From Candidatus Latescibacterota bacterium (lineage in GTDB: Bacteria > Latescibacterota > CBDEFO01), in the NCBI GenBank assembly GCA_965248755.1, contig OZ252149.1, positions 3,776,001 to 3,840,000 on the forward strand: 64,000 bases of DNA, read 5' to 3'. Shown here in pieces: positions 39,764 through 50,382 of the stretch. Position 1 is the first letter of the stretch; every line of letters starts with the position of its first letter. The position numbers and the translations under genes are program-made. A model generated the notes under the pieces. It saw only the letters and a list, made by a program, of their open reading frames with translations, was not told where the DNA came from and made no database searches.

Positions 39764-41242
39764 ATGTTGCAGGCAGCGTTAGACAAGGATCTATCTTCGT
39801 TTGAGAAATGGGGCTTTCCTTTATTGTTTCTTGTGGCAATGTTTGTTGTGGTCGTTGGAATAGCCCTACCTGTTGAAGATGCTCTGGTTGTAGCAGGGGC
39901 GTTATTAGGGGCGTTACTTGTAGTGATTTTACCGATCTATCCACAGATTCTGTTTCCTTTAATGATAATAAGCACAGCCCTGGACTATACCGGGACGTTG
40001 GTAGATACGACCAAGTTGTTAGACGTCTATGAGGTCCCGATAACGGCGTTTCATATCACGGGCGGCGGGGCTTTGTTATTTTCTATGGCTAACGCCTTTC
40101 TGAGAGGTAGAACCCGCCTGCCACGACTTGAAATAAATCTCCCGCTGATATTGTTCTTAGCCGTGGTGGGGATCTCAGTTTCCTATTCCGTGGATAGATT
40201 AGAGGCGGCGGTCGATTTTGTCCGGCTCTTATTCTTGGCCGCTCTGATGTTTGCTACGGTGCTTTTGATCGAGAATAAAAGGGACGTGATATTTGTCACC
40301 GCGTCTGTGATAATCTGTACTGTCGCTGCGTCAGTGTTTGGGATATATCAGGCTCTGACTGAGGAATTTTACCTTCCTGCCCAGGTAGTTCAGTCTTTGG
40401 GAGCGACTGTACCGAGGGCCGCGGCGACGTTTCACAATCCGAACTACTTTGCGGTATTCTTGATGATAGGGCTCGTGCTGTCTACGGCAATATTTGTAAA
40501 TTTCAAGATGTCCCTGTGGAAGAGGGTTGTCCTTCTTTTGGGAATGGTGGCGCTAATGAGTGGGATCGTGATCAGTTTTTCGCGCACCAGTTGGCTGGCA
40601 ACGGTAGTGGGCGTGTGTTCTGTGGTCTTTCTCAGTCGCAAGATCAAGTTTTTATTTGTATTTGTGGGCGTGATTGTAATAATAGTATTATTCATAACCT
40701 TCGTCTCGGAAAATTTTGCAAATCTCGTGATAGGGCGTTTTACGTCTCTCTTTACGATTGTGGATGAGATGGGGTCTTCGGCCAGAGTTTCCAGTAGCGG
40801 CAGGATATATTTTATGATAGGGGCCTGGAGGATGTTTTTGGACAATCCGTTCTTGGGTGTAGGATTCAGATCTTTTCCGGTGCTGTTCGAGAGGGATTAC
40901 AGGTACAGGCCGATAGAGTTTCCGAACTGGTTCCGGGCAAGAGAGTCGCATACTCTGCCTGCGAACCTATTGGCGGAACTGGGAATTGTCGGGTTTACAA
41001 TTGCCGCTTGGCTGATGTTTGCGATTCTAATGGCAGGGATAAGGGGGATCAAAGAGATACAGGACGGATTCCATAAATCCATGCTCATAGGTTATGTCTC
41101 TGTATTCGTGGCTTTCCAGGCCAGCATGTTGTTCACCGCGGATATAAACAATAATTTCCTCTGGATTATGACGGGCATGCTGTTTGCTGTCAAGACGATA
41201 GGCACAGGCAAGACCGTAGCCCCCGATAGAACCCCCAATTGA
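39764..41242 (+). CDS. O-antigen ligase/Wzy-family polymerase
   Basis: RAAATFHNPNYFA, SFSRTSW, R...AWRMFLDNPFLGVG, H....AELGIVG; multi-TM. Confidence 0.88.
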   Translation: MLQAALDKDLSSFEKWGFPLLFLVAMFVVVVGIALPVEDALVVAGALLGALLVVILPIYPQILFPLMIISTALDYTGTLVDTTKLLDVYEVPITAFHITGGGALLFSMANAFLRGRTRLPRLEINLPLILFLAVVGISVSYSVDRLEAAVDFVRLLFLAALMFATVLLIENKRDVIFVTASVIICTVAASVFGIYQALTEEFYLPAQVVQSLGATVPRAAATFHNPNYFAVFLMIGLVLSTAIFVNFKMSLWKRVVLLLGMVALMSGIVISFSRTSWLATVVGVCSVVFLSRKIKFLFVFVGVIVIIVLFITFVSENFANLVIGRFTSLFTIVDEMGSSARVSSSGRIYFMIGAWRMFLDNPFLGVGFRSFPVLFERDYRYRPIEFPNWFRARESHTLPANLLAELGIVGFTIAAWLMFAILMAGIRGIKEIQDGFHKSMLIGYVSVFVAFQASMLFTADINNNFLWIMTGMLFAVKTIGTGKTVAPDRTPN

Positions 41243-41347
41243 ATCTTTTGGGGGTCGGGGGTAGACAGCATAGAGGGCATCCCTCTCGCTGGCCGTCTAC
41301 TATTCTTGGATCTCTATAGTGACTTCCAGACTAATTTTATGTGAAGT

Positions 41348-42544
41348 ATGAAGGTCCTTTTGACATCTCATCTGTTTCCGAATAAGTTCAGTACTATTTC
41401 AGGGATATTTGTAAAGGAGGAGGTGAGTTTTCTAAAGGAGTGGTGTGATCTTAAAGTTTTAGCTCCTGTGCCCTGGTTTCCGCCTTTGGGAGGCTTTGGA
41501 AGATGGAGCAGGCTGCGCCAGATCCCGAAAAGGGAGGCGGTGGATGGGATCGAAGTTTCGAGGCCAAGATACTTGACATTTCCGCGCATGATACTGTTTT
41601 GGATCGTAGGCCTCTTCTACTTTATCTCGCTTTTTAAGGAGACAAGGAGGCTGAAGTTCGATCTGATACATGCGCACGTCGCCTACCCGGACGGTTTCGG
41701 CGCTGTCCTGCTCGGTATAGTATTCAAGAGGCCTGTGGTGGTGACAGTTCATGGGAGCGACTTGAAACTCTTTCCAAGAAAATGGTTACTGAAGGGATTG
41801 ATCGGGTGGACGTTGAGAAGGGCGAACTTCGTTATAGCTGTGAGTGAGGATATGAAAAGATTGGCTGAGGCAATGGGTGTGAAAAAAGACAAGGTCGGGG
41901 TGATCTACAACGGGGTGAATACGAAGCTGTTTCGGATATGCGGCAAGGGCGAACGCAAGGTAGAAAACTACAAGGTCAAAAGGATCATATATGTAGGGAG
42001 ATTCGACAGAAGGAAGGGCTTAGGAGTTCTGCTTGCGGCATCGGCTCGTATATTCAAGATGAGGGAGGATGTGGAGTTGGTATTGTTAGGAAGGAACAAG
42101 GAGAGAAAAGACGATGAGGAGTTCCGCGTAATAGCCAAGAATTTGGGGATCGACGATAAGGTAAAATTCGTGGACGCCGTTCCTATAGACCAGGTGCCCT
42201 TATGGCTTTATGGATCAGATCTTATGGTGCTGCCCAGCTTTTCAGAAAGCTTTGGACTCTGTGTGATTGAGGCCCTGGCCTGTGGGAAGCCCGTCGTGTC
42301 AACGAGGTGCGGCGGACCTGAGGAGGTGGTGACGGAGGATGTGGGCATACTGGTGGAACCAAGGGATGTGGAGGGGCTTAAAGACGCTATGTTATACGTG
42401 TTGGATCATCCCCAAGAATATAAAGCTGAGAAAATAGCGCAATATGCAAAAAACAGGTTCGACCTGGAAGTTACGGCACAGAGGGTGCTGGAAGTCTATT
42501 CTTGTGTTCTGGATGCACGGAAGTCTTTCCATCCCGCAAGATAA
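41348..42544 (+). CDS. Glycosyltransferase family 4
   Basis: DLIHAH, TVHGSD, PSFSESFGLCVIEALACG. Confidence 0.92.
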   Translation: MKVLLTSHLFPNKFSTISGIFVKEEVSFLKEWCDLKVLAPVPWFPPLGGFGRWSRLRQIPKREAVDGIEVSRPRYLTFPRMILFWIVGLFYFISLFKETRRLKFDLIHAHVAYPDGFGAVLLGIVFKRPVVVTVHGSDLKLFPRKWLLKGLIGWTLRRANFVIAVSEDMKRLAEAMGVKKDKVGVIYNGVNTKLFRICGKGERKVENYKVKRIIYVGRFDRRKGLGVLLAASARIFKMREDVELVLLGRNKERKDDEEFRVIAKNLGIDDKVKFVDAVPIDQVPLWLYGSDLMVLPSFSESFGLCVIEALACGKPVVSTRCGGPEEVVTEDVGILVEPRDVEGLKDAMLYVLDHPQEYKAEKIAQYAKNRFDLEVTAQRVLEVYSCVLDARKSFHPAR

Positions 42545-42580
42545 GTAGGAGGAGAACATCAAAGCGGTCTCTCATCTCTT

Positions 42581-43741
42581 ATGAAAATATGTATCTTGAC
42601 TCTGGGACACAGCCCGTTCGACAGCAGGATTTTCTACAAGGAGGTTTTGTCGCTTGTAAAGGTCTATAAGGATATTACGCTTGCGGTGTGTTGGGGGGAA
42701 GATCGGGCGGTCAAGAAAGAAGATGTACAGGGTGTAAATGTTGTGCAAATGGAAGGGGGCACTGGGTTTTTGGGGAGGATGTCGCGCCTGTGGAGGTTGT
42801 ACAGCTTTGGGAAAAGAGAAAGAGCAGATATGTATCATGTACACGATTTTGAGCTGCTTGCCATAGGATTAGGGCTGAAGGTCTTTGGCAAATGCAGTTT
42901 AATTTACGACGCTCATGAGCATCAGCCTGACAGGATGAGGGACTCTGAAAAGATACCGAGGGGCTTACATTGTCTGTTGGCTTTTCTAGTAGATATTGTG
43001 GAGAGCGCGCTTAGTCGGTTTGCAGATTTTATCATCGCGGCGGACAAGGTTCTATGGAAAAGATACAGGAAATTTAATAGAAATGTCGTCCAAGTGGGGA
43101 ATCTTCCGCGGCTTGAGCTGTTTAGAGAGAATGGGAATGCCCTATCGGACTTGAAGAGCAAGTATGAAGGTTACGAGGTAGTTATATATGTAGGGGCGAT
43201 CCACAGGCCAAGGGGAGCCGTAAAGTTAGTGGAGGCTATAAGAGAGGTTAAGCGGGAAATTGAGAACATAAAGCTTCTGTTCGTGGGGCCACTAAGAGAC
43301 GCTGAGTGCAAAAGGGAAATGGAGAGATTAATCAAGGAGAACGAACTTGATGATAATGTGGAGCTTGCCGGGGTCGTGGATCACACAGAAGTGGCCGATT
43401 ACATAAGGGTGTCGAAGGTGGGAATGGCCACGCTTCTGCCGATCCCCAAGTTCTTTAAGAACGTTCCGACAAAACAGTTTGAGTACGCAGCGTGCGGGAT
43501 TCCGATTGTGGGGAGCAAGCTGCCACCTATCGAGGAGTTCGTGTCCAAGGAAGGTTGTGGAGTCGTGGTGAATCCCACAGAGCCGAAGGAGATCGCAGCT
43601 GCGATCTGTCATCTATTAGAAGATCGCAAAGAGGCTAAAAGGATGGGAGACAGAGGAAGGAAGGCTGTGGAGAAAAGGTATAATTGGGGAAGGATGGAGG
43701 GAAGACTCCTGGATGTATACTCTAAACTGGAGAGAAGATAA
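42581..43741 (+). CDS. Glycosyltransferase family 4
   Basis: H..FDSRIF, YDAHE, PTKQFEYAACGIP. Confidence 0.9.
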   Translation: MKICILTLGHSPFDSRIFYKEVLSLVKVYKDITLAVCWGEDRAVKKEDVQGVNVVQMEGGTGFLGRMSRLWRLYSFGKRERADMYHVHDFELLAIGLGLKVFGKCSLIYDAHEHQPDRMRDSEKIPRGLHCLLAFLVDIVESALSRFADFIIAADKVLWKRYRKFNRNVVQVGNLPRLELFRENGNALSDLKSKYEGYEVVIYVGAIHRPRGAVKLVEAIREVKREIENIKLLFVGPLRDAECKREMERLIKENELDDNVELAGVVDHTEVADYIRVSKVGMATLLPIPKFFKNVPTKQFEYAACGIPIVGSKLPPIEEFVSKEGCGVVVNPTEPKEIAAAICHLLEDRKEAKRMGDRGRKAVEKRYNWGRMEGRLLDVYSKLERR

Positions 43742-43744
43742 GAT

Positions 43745-45466
43745 ATGGTAGTATTGGGTATACATGGCTGGTCTGTTGACAATCGTGAGCTGATTCACGA
43801 TGCTGGGGCTGTGTTGATCGTAGATGGGGTGGTGAGGGCGGCTGTGAACGAGGAGCGCCTGACCAGGAACAAGAACGAGGGGCGTTTCCCCCTGAATTCA
43901 ATTGACCAAGTACTGAAGATGGAAGGGATCCAGCCATCGGATGTTGACGTGGTGGCTCTCAGTGGGTTAAATTGCAAAGATAGGGCTGTGAGGACCTTAA
44001 GATACTGCACAGATACGTTCATAAGGTCTAGGATCCCCCTTCCGAGGCGGATTGGGGGAGCGGTAAGAAATTTGATTTTAAACAGGAAGAGAAGACTACC
44101 CGGGGAGTTAGAGAACAAGAAGATCGTGTTTGTAGAGCATCATCTATCTCACGCTTCAAGCGCATATTATACCTGCCCCTGGGATGAAGCTTTGATCGTG
44201 ACGGTGGACGGGGTCGGAGATGAGCTTTGCGCAACTGTGAGTCTGGGTGCCGATGGGAACATCAGAAGGTTGATGGAGTGCAACGGTCACCATTCTCCGG
44301 GGATATTTTACAGTGCGATTACTTTAGGGCTTGGGTTTAAGAGGAATCGGCACGAAGTGAAGATCACAGGTCTTGCGGCCTACGGCGACCCTGATGTATG
44401 CAGGAATAGCTTCAACGGTGTGGTTATCTATAGAGACGGGGAGTTCCATTCTCGTGAGGTGCCGCTGCTCTTCAGGGATCTGAATAAGAATACGGAGTTT
44501 TTTACCAATCTGGCCAATTCGTATAAAAGAGAGGACGTGGCAGCTTCGGCTCAACGGGTTATTGAAGACGTTGTGTTAGGGTTGATAGGGGATGCCCTTG
44601 CCCGGACGAAAGTGTCGAACGTGTCGAATGTAGTCCTAACCGGGGGCGTGTTCGCAAATGTCAGGCTGAACCAGAAAATTATGGAGACAGAGGGTGTGGA
44701 TAATGTCTACGTGCATCCGAATATGGGAGATGGGGGACTGGCTATGGGAGCTGGCTTATGGGCTTACGTTCAGGAGAATAAAAAGGCTTACGTTCAGGAG
44801 AATAAAAAGAAGACTTTTCCCAGGTTTCTGGAGACGGTCTATCTGGGCCCTGAGTGGGGGGACAGGGAGTTGGAGCGGGCTCTTGAAAGGAGCGGGCTTA
44901 ATTATCGGCACTGTGAGGATGTGGAACAGGCGACGGCTGAATGGCTAGTCCGAGGGAAGATTGTGGGGAGATTTTCCGGCAGGATGGAATATGGTCCGAG
45001 GGCTTTGGGGAACAGATCCATTCTGGCAAGTCCTGTGGATACCACGATAAATAACTGGTTAAACAAGAGGCTGAATAGGACGGAGTTTATGCCCTTTGCT
45101 CCGAGCACGCTCGAGGAGAGGGCGGGGGAGTTTTACATCGGTTGGAATAAGGATCATGTGGCGTCAAGATTCATGACGATAACCTATGATGTTACAGCAA
45201 GGGGCAGGGAGCTTGCGCCTGCTGTGGTACACGTGGACGGGACCGCAAGGCCCCACGTGGTGAGAGAAGTTGATAATCCCAAGTATTACAGGATCATCAA
45301 ATTGTTTGAGCAAGAAACAGGGATTCCATCTATTGTAAATACGAGTTTCAATATGCACGAGGAGCCGATCGTGTGCTCTCCCCAAGATGTGATAAGGGCT
45401 TTCAAGGATGGTAGCGTGGATGTCCTGACGATGAATAATTTCGTGGTGGAAAACCTGAGTCAGTAG
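43745..45466 (+). CDS. Carbamoyltransferase, NodU/CmcH family
   Basis: HDAGA, EERLTR.K, EHHLSHA, DGVGD, KITGLAAYG, GRMEYGPRALGNRS, HVDGTAR, NTSFN. Confidence 0.93.
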   Translation: MVVLGIHGWSVDNRELIHDAGAVLIVDGVVRAAVNEERLTRNKNEGRFPLNSIDQVLKMEGIQPSDVDVVALSGLNCKDRAVRTLRYCTDTFIRSRIPLPRRIGGAVRNLILNRKRRLPGELENKKIVFVEHHLSHASSAYYTCPWDEALIVTVDGVGDELCATVSLGADGNIRRLMECNGHHSPGIFYSAITLGLGFKRNRHEVKITGLAAYGDPDVCRNSFNGVVIYRDGEFHSREVPLLFRDLNKNTEFFTNLANSYKREDVAASAQRVIEDVVLGLIGDALARTKVSNVSNVVLTGGVFANVRLNQKIMETEGVDNVYVHPNMGDGGLAMGAGLWAYVQENKKAYVQENKKKTFPRFLETVYLGPEWGDRELERALERSGLNYRHCEDVEQATAEWLVRGKIVGRFSGRMEYGPRALGNRSILASPVDTTINNWLNKRLNRTEFMPFAPSTLEERAGEFYIGWNKDHVASRFMTITYDVTARGRELAPAVVHVDGTARPHVVREVDNPKYYRIIKLFEQETGIPSIVNTSFNMHEEPIVCSPQDVIRAFKDGSVDVLTMNNFVVENLSQ

Positions 45467-45777
45467 CAGTAGACGGGCACCGCCTTGCCATAAACTGTCA
45501 TTGAAGAAAAGGGCACCTTGAAAAGTATTGAATAACTTTATAGAAAAAATCCCAGCAATCTATGAGTTTGCTTCGCGTATCATCCCTTTATATGACTCAT
45601 CGCAAGTGCGGACGATTACAGAGGGCCTCGATAGTTAGTAGACTGTGTCAATTGCCACCCCCGCCCCCGATTGAATATATCGGGGTCAATCGGTCGATGG
45701 AAGAAATCTCTTAAGTGGGCAGCTGACAGGAGATAGTAGACAGAGATTGCAGCTTTTTTCATCTCCCCTATTGTGCT

Positions 45778-46578
45778 GTGGTTATGATGACTTCTGATAA
45801 AAAGGAGAGATTACGGGCTGAGGAGGGCTTCTCCCTTGAGGCGGATATGAGGAGGAGGTATGAGAGGGGTTTTTACAAGGGTAAAATGCGTCAGGTGGTA
45901 TTTGACTATCTTTCTTCGATAGTTGGGAATTTAAAGGATATGAGAGTGCTGGACTACGGCTGTGGCGATGGGAAGCTCGGACTGTCACTGGCAGATGGGG
46001 GAGCAGGGATCGTGATAGGGGTTGACCTTTCAGCTCACAGGCTGGATGAGGCTGCAAGGAAAGCGGCGTGCGCGGGTTTGAACGGCAGGATGGCGTTCTT
46101 CAGGATGGATTCTGAGGTATTAGCTTTTAAGGACGGGTCTTTTGATCTGGTTGTAGGGTCTGGAATCCTGCATCATCTGGACACAGAAAGCGCGGCAGCG
46201 GAGATAAGGAGAGTCTTGAAAGACGGTGGGAAAGCGGCATTTATGGAGGCTATGGGACATAATCTACTTGTAAATCTCTACAGGCGGTTGACTCCATGGG
46301 CAAGGACTCAAGACGAGCATCCACTGGTCATGGACGACATACGTGTTATGGAAGGATATTTAGGGAAGGTCAGCCTAAAGGGGTTCCATCTTTTTACCCT
46401 CTTTCCGATGTTCTTAAGGGCATTAACAAGGAGCGATGGAATATTCGATCGGATATTTGGTCCCTTTTATCGCCTGGATCAGTGGCTCTTTGAGAGGTTT
46501 CTGTTTTTGGAGCGCAACTGCTGGATTTGTGTGATCGCTGCCCAGAAAGAGAGGCAAGACTCGGATGGGATCAAGTAA
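45778..46578 (+). CDS. Class I SAM-dependent methyltransferase
   Basis: VLDYGCGDG, GVDLS, SFDLV....ILHH. Start may be ATG 45784/45787. Confidence 0.88.
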   Translation: MVMMTSDKKERLRAEEGFSLEADMRRRYERGFYKGKMRQVVFDYLSSIVGNLKDMRVLDYGCGDGKLGLSLADGGAGIVIGVDLSAHRLDEAARKAACAGLNGRMAFFRMDSEVLAFKDGSFDLVVGSGILHHLDTESAAAEIRRVLKDGGKAAFMEAMGHNLLVNLYRRLTPWARTQDEHPLVMDDIRVMEGYLGKVSLKGFHLFTLFPMFLRALTRSDGIFDRIFGPFYRLDQWLFERFLFLERNCWICVIAAQKERQDSDGIK

Positions 46579-47587
46579 AATTTTTGTGTCTATTGTGATT
46601 CCTATGCGAAACGAGGAGTCTTATATAGGAGAGTGTCTGGATTCTCTTTTGAGTCAGGATTACCCAAAGGACTTGTATGAAGTGATCGTGGCCGATGGCA
46701 TGTCCGACGACGGGTCGAGGGAAATTGTGCTAGAGCATGCGCAGAAGAACGGAAATATCAAATTAGTGGAAAATAAGGATCAGATCACACCGATGGGGCT
46801 AAATGCAGCGGTGAAGGCAGCCGCTGGAGATGTAATAAATTATCTGGTCTCGCACAGTTATGTGCCAGAAAACTATATAAGCCAGGTTGTAGAGCATTTG
46901 GGGAAAACCGATGCTGACTGTATAGCCCCAAGCGTTATAGCTATGGGAAAGACGTTTAAGGCCAGTGCGATAGCTTTAGCTATGCGGTCAAAGTTCGGTG
47001 TGGGAAATTCTCCTTGCAGGATAGCAAGGAAATCGGGATATGTGGATACCGGGTGGTTCGGGACGTACAGGAAAGAGGTGTTCGACAGGATAGGGTACTA
47101 TGATAATGACTTGATAAGGAACCAGGACTACGAGTTCAACAGGAGATTGATAAATTCCGGTGGTAAGATCTTTCTGGTTTCACAGATAAAGGCTTACTAT
47201 TACTCCAGGGATACGCTCTGGAAGCTGTTCAAGCAGTATTTCGGTTACGGATACTGGAAGTTAGATGCCTTAAAGAAGCTTTCGGGAGCCTTCTTGTTCA
47301 GGTTTCAGATCCCTGTGCTTTTTGTATTGAGCTTGGTGATTTTGGGGATTTTAGGCTTTTTCAGTAAGACAATGTTCATTTTGTTTCATTCTTTGTTGTT
47401 AGTCTACGTATTGGCTCTTCTGGGAACCAGCTTTCTGGTGTGTTTTAGAGAGAGGGACCTCAGGTATTTCCCAGTGCTCCCGCTTGCTTTTATGGCTCTG
47501 CACTTTGGATTCGGTCTGGGATTTGGTTACTCTCTTTTAAAACATGGAATAGGAAAGCTCAAGAACATCTTGAGGAGTGGAAAATAG
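46565..47587 (+). CDS. Glycosyltransferase family 2
   Basis: VSIVIPMRNE, DGMSDDGS, NQDYEFN, C-terminal TM segments. Confidence 0.9.
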   Translation: MGSSKIFVSIVIPMRNEESYIGECLDSLLSQDYPKDLYEVIVADGMSDDGSREIVLEHAQKNGNIKLVENKDQITPMGLNAAVKAAAGDVINYLVSHSYVPENYISQVVEHLGKTDADCIAPSVIAMGKTFKASAIALAMRSKFGVGNSPCRIARKSGYVDTGWFGTYRKEVFDRIGYYDNDLIRNQDYEFNRRLINSGGKIFLVSQIKAYYYSRDTLWKLFKQYFGYGYWKLDALKKLSGAFLFRFQIPVLFVLSLVILGILGFFSKTMFILFHSLLLVYVLALLGTSFLVCFRERDLRYFPVLPLAFMALHFGFGLGFGYSLLKHGIGKLKNILRSGK

Positions 47588-47761
47588 GGGTTTTCGGAAT
47601 TCTTTAAGAATATGTCTGGAAGGATACTTGAGGATTCTGCAGTTGTAGTGTGAAAAGATCGGTTATCCCTGATCTCCCCGACCCCCGATAGAGTCAATCG
47701 GGGGTAGACTCTATCGGGGACTGACCTTTCAAATGCGGTTCAATGACCAGGGAGGAGGACT

Positions 47762-49168
47762 GTGACTAAGTTTTGGGAGACCTTTTTCACCCTTGTAGCT
47801 GATATATGTGCGGTAAATCTATCTTTCCTTTTTGCTCATTGGATGGCTTTTAAGAGTGGGTTTGGAGGGAATAGGGAGCCGTTTTGGCTTTCCGAGTCGT
47901 GGGACGTTGCTGTGGCCCTTTCCTGCTACTGGATCTTTTTGTTGTTCTTTTTCGGGCTCTACAGATCGTGGAAGTATCAGTCGAGGTTAGATGAGATCGT
48001 CTCTGTAAGCAAGGCGGTGTTGTTCGGGGTACTGTTAGCCTTTGCAGTGACGTTTGAGTCAGACAATCCGGATCCCCTGCCCAGAACAAGGGTAGTGTTG
48101 TTCTCATATATGGCGTTTATGGTAGGGGCTGTAAGTGTGGGAAGGCTGGCGATTGCGAGTTTCCAGAGGTGTCTTCTGAATAAGGGGATAGGCACCAGAA
48201 GGTCGGTAATAGTCGGCAGAGGGAAAAGGGGAAGAAACCTCCTTGCCGATGTTCGATCCTTTCCTGCTCTGGGATATCACGTAATGGGCTTTGTTGCCGG
48301 ACATAATGAGGAAGGAAGCGGTGATCTGATAGACGGTGTTCCTGTCCTTGGAAAGATGGAAAGACTGCCGGAGATTATAAGCGACTATAAGATAGAGGAG
48401 GTGCTGATAGTAGGGTCGGAGTCCAGAGATGAGGCCCTGGAGATCGTCTCTTCGTGCGACGGATCTCCCGTGAAGATGAGCATAGTTCCTGATCTGTACG
48501 ATATTATGAGCGGACACGCCAGAACGAATCAGCTTTACGGTTTTCCACTAATGGAACTCCTGCCGGAGCTGATGCCGGCATGGGAGAAGAAGGCAAAAAG
48601 GATTTTAGATATATTGGTGTCTGTGGTATTCTTGGTGGGTTTTGCCCCGCTGTGGGTTATCATAGCTGTCTTGATCAAGCTGGATTCTAAGGGGCCTGTG
48701 TTTTTCAGCCAAAAGAGGGTCGGCAAAGGAGGGAAAATATTTACTACTTACAAGTTCCGGTCTATGGTGGAGGGAGCAGAGAGTATGACAGGTCCGGTAT
48801 GGGCAAAGAAAGATGATCCTCGCGTGACACGGATAGGGAGAGTATTAAGGAAGATGAGGTTAGATGAGATCCCTCAGTTCCTGAACGTTTTGGACGGGGA
48901 TATGAGCTTTGTCGGACCGAGACCAGAAAGGCCGTTCTTTGTGGAACAATTGAAAAAGGAGGTCTCCTTATATAGTAAGCGCCTGAACGTGCAGCCGGGA
49001 ATAACAGGGTGGGCGCAGATCAAGCACACCTATGACAGGAACCTGAACGACGTGGTGGAGAAGCTAAAATACGATCTCTATTACATTGAGAACATGTCTT
49101 TGAGAATGGATCTGAAGATTCTGTTAAGGACGATATGGGTTATGTTAAGGAGGAAAGGGGCACATTAG
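47762..49168 (+). CDS. Priming undecaprenyl-phosphate glycosyl-1-phosphate transferase (WcaJ/WbaP-like)
   Basis: KRILD, KFRSM, DDPRVT, LDEIPQF.NVL.GDMSFVGPRPE, PGITGWAQ, DLYYIEN. Confidence 0.93.
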   Translation: MTKFWETFFTLVADICAVNLSFLFAHWMAFKSGFGGNREPFWLSESWDVAVALSCYWIFLLFFFGLYRSWKYQSRLDEIVSVSKAVLFGVLLAFAVTFESDNPDPLPRTRVVLFSYMAFMVGAVSVGRLAIASFQRCLLNKGIGTRRSVIVGRGKRGRNLLADVRSFPALGYHVMGFVAGHNEEGSGDLIDGVPVLGKMERLPEIISDYKIEEVLIVGSESRDEALEIVSSCDGSPVKMSIVPDLYDIMSGHARTNQLYGFPLMELLPELMPAWEKKAKRILDILVSVVFLVGFAPLWVIIAVLIKLDSKGPVFFSQKRVGKGGKIFTTYKFRSMVEGAESMTGPVWAKKDDPRVTRIGRVLRKMRLDEIPQFLNVLDGDMSFVGPRPERPFFVEQLKKEVSLYSKRLNVQPGITGWAQIKHTYDRNLNDVVEKLKYDLYYIENMSLRMDLKILLRTIWVMLRRKGAH

Positions 49169-49274
49169 ACATAAGTAGAGAGTAAACAGTAAATAGCGTG
49201 GAGGTCATCCCTTCCTCTTCCCGTCTGCTTCCCACTGTTTACTTTCCTGCTGTGTTAAGAAAGATTACTAAAAA

Positions 49275-50204
49275 ATGCTAAGTAAGTTCATAGACGCTTT
49301 GAAAAATGGTTTAGAAAAGACCAGAAATAACGTCTTCGGGAAAATTGCGGGCGTAGTGCAGCGGAAGTACGGAATTGATGACGAGATGTTGGATGAAATA
49401 GAGGAGATCTTGATAGGCGCGGATATGGGTGTAGAAACGAGCCTGAAGGTCATTGAGACTGTAAAAGAGAAGGTCAAAGAGAGGAAGTTGGGGAATAGTC
49501 CCGAGATGATCAGTCCGCTCTTGAGGGAGACGATTGTAGATATTCTGGATCGCTCTAATAATAAGGATAATGAGGTCAAACCGGAGGCAATGAAGCCATT
49601 CGTAGTGTTGGTGGTGGGCGTGAACGGTGTGGGCAAGACCACAACAATAGGGAAGCTATCTGAGCAGTACAGAAATCAGGGAAAGAAGGTTATGGTCGCG
49701 GCGTGTGACACGTTTCGCGCCGCAGCGATTGAGCAGCTGGAGGTCTGGGCAAAGAGAACGAAGGCGGACCTGGTGAAGCATCAGATGGGAGCAGACGCTG
49801 CGTCCGTTGCATTCGATGCATTAAATGCTGCAGTGGCAAGGGATGTGGACGTTCTGATCATCGATACCGCAGGGCGACTTCATACCAAGATAAATCTAAT
49901 GGAGGAGCTGAAGAAGATAAAGCGCACTTTAGAAAGGAAAATGGAGGGTGCTCCGCACGAGACGCTCCTTGTTCTGGATGCGACAACGGGTCAAAATGCA
50001 ATTGCGCAAGTATCTCAATTCGACAAAGATATTCAACTGACCGGGATGATATTGGCAAAGTTAGATGGGACAGCCAAGGGAGGGATAGTTGTGGCTGTGG
50101 CAGATAAGTTCAATATCCCTCTGAAAATGATAGGGATAGGTGAAAAACTGGACGATCTGAGGGACTTCGACAGAGAGGAGTTCGCAGAGGCGTTGTTTGG
50201 GTAA
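49275..50204 (+). CDS. ftsY: Signal recognition particle receptor
   Basis: GVNGVGKTTTIGKL, DTFRAAA, DTAGRL, DATTGQN, KLDGTAKGG. Confidence 0.97.
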   Translation: MLSKFIDALKNGLEKTRNNVFGKIAGVVQRKYGIDDEMLDEIEEILIGADMGVETSLKVIETVKEKVKERKLGNSPEMISPLLRETIVDILDRSNNKDNEVKPEAMKPFVVLVVGVNGVGKTTTIGKLSEQYRNQGKKVMVAACDTFRAAAIEQLEVWAKRTKADLVKHQMGADAASVAFDALNAAVARDVDVLIIDTAGRLHTKINLMEELKKIKRTLERKMEGAPHETLLVLDATTGQNAIAQVSQFDKDIQLTGMILAKLDGTAKGGIVVAVADKFNIPLKMIGIGEKLDDLRDFDREEFAEALFG

Positions 50205-50243
50205 AATTGCAGGAGGAGGGTAGTGACCTGTTTACTGTCTTTT

Positions 50244-50344
50244 GAGATCGCTTCCCCCCGATAGATTCAATCGGGGGTCGCTGGCAATGACTATCTGTTT
50301 GAGACCCTTGGTCATTGCCAGGGATGAAATCCTGAAACAATCTC
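50244..50344. repeat. REP-like inverted pair with an inserted 23-bp palindrome (50255-50277)
   Basis: GAGATCGCTTC...CTGGCAATGAC and GTCATTGCCAG...GAAACAATCTC between convergent genes. Confidence 0.75.
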
Positions 50345-50382
50345 AAAGGGGGAAGTGGTGCCCTAGACTACTGTCTAGTTAC

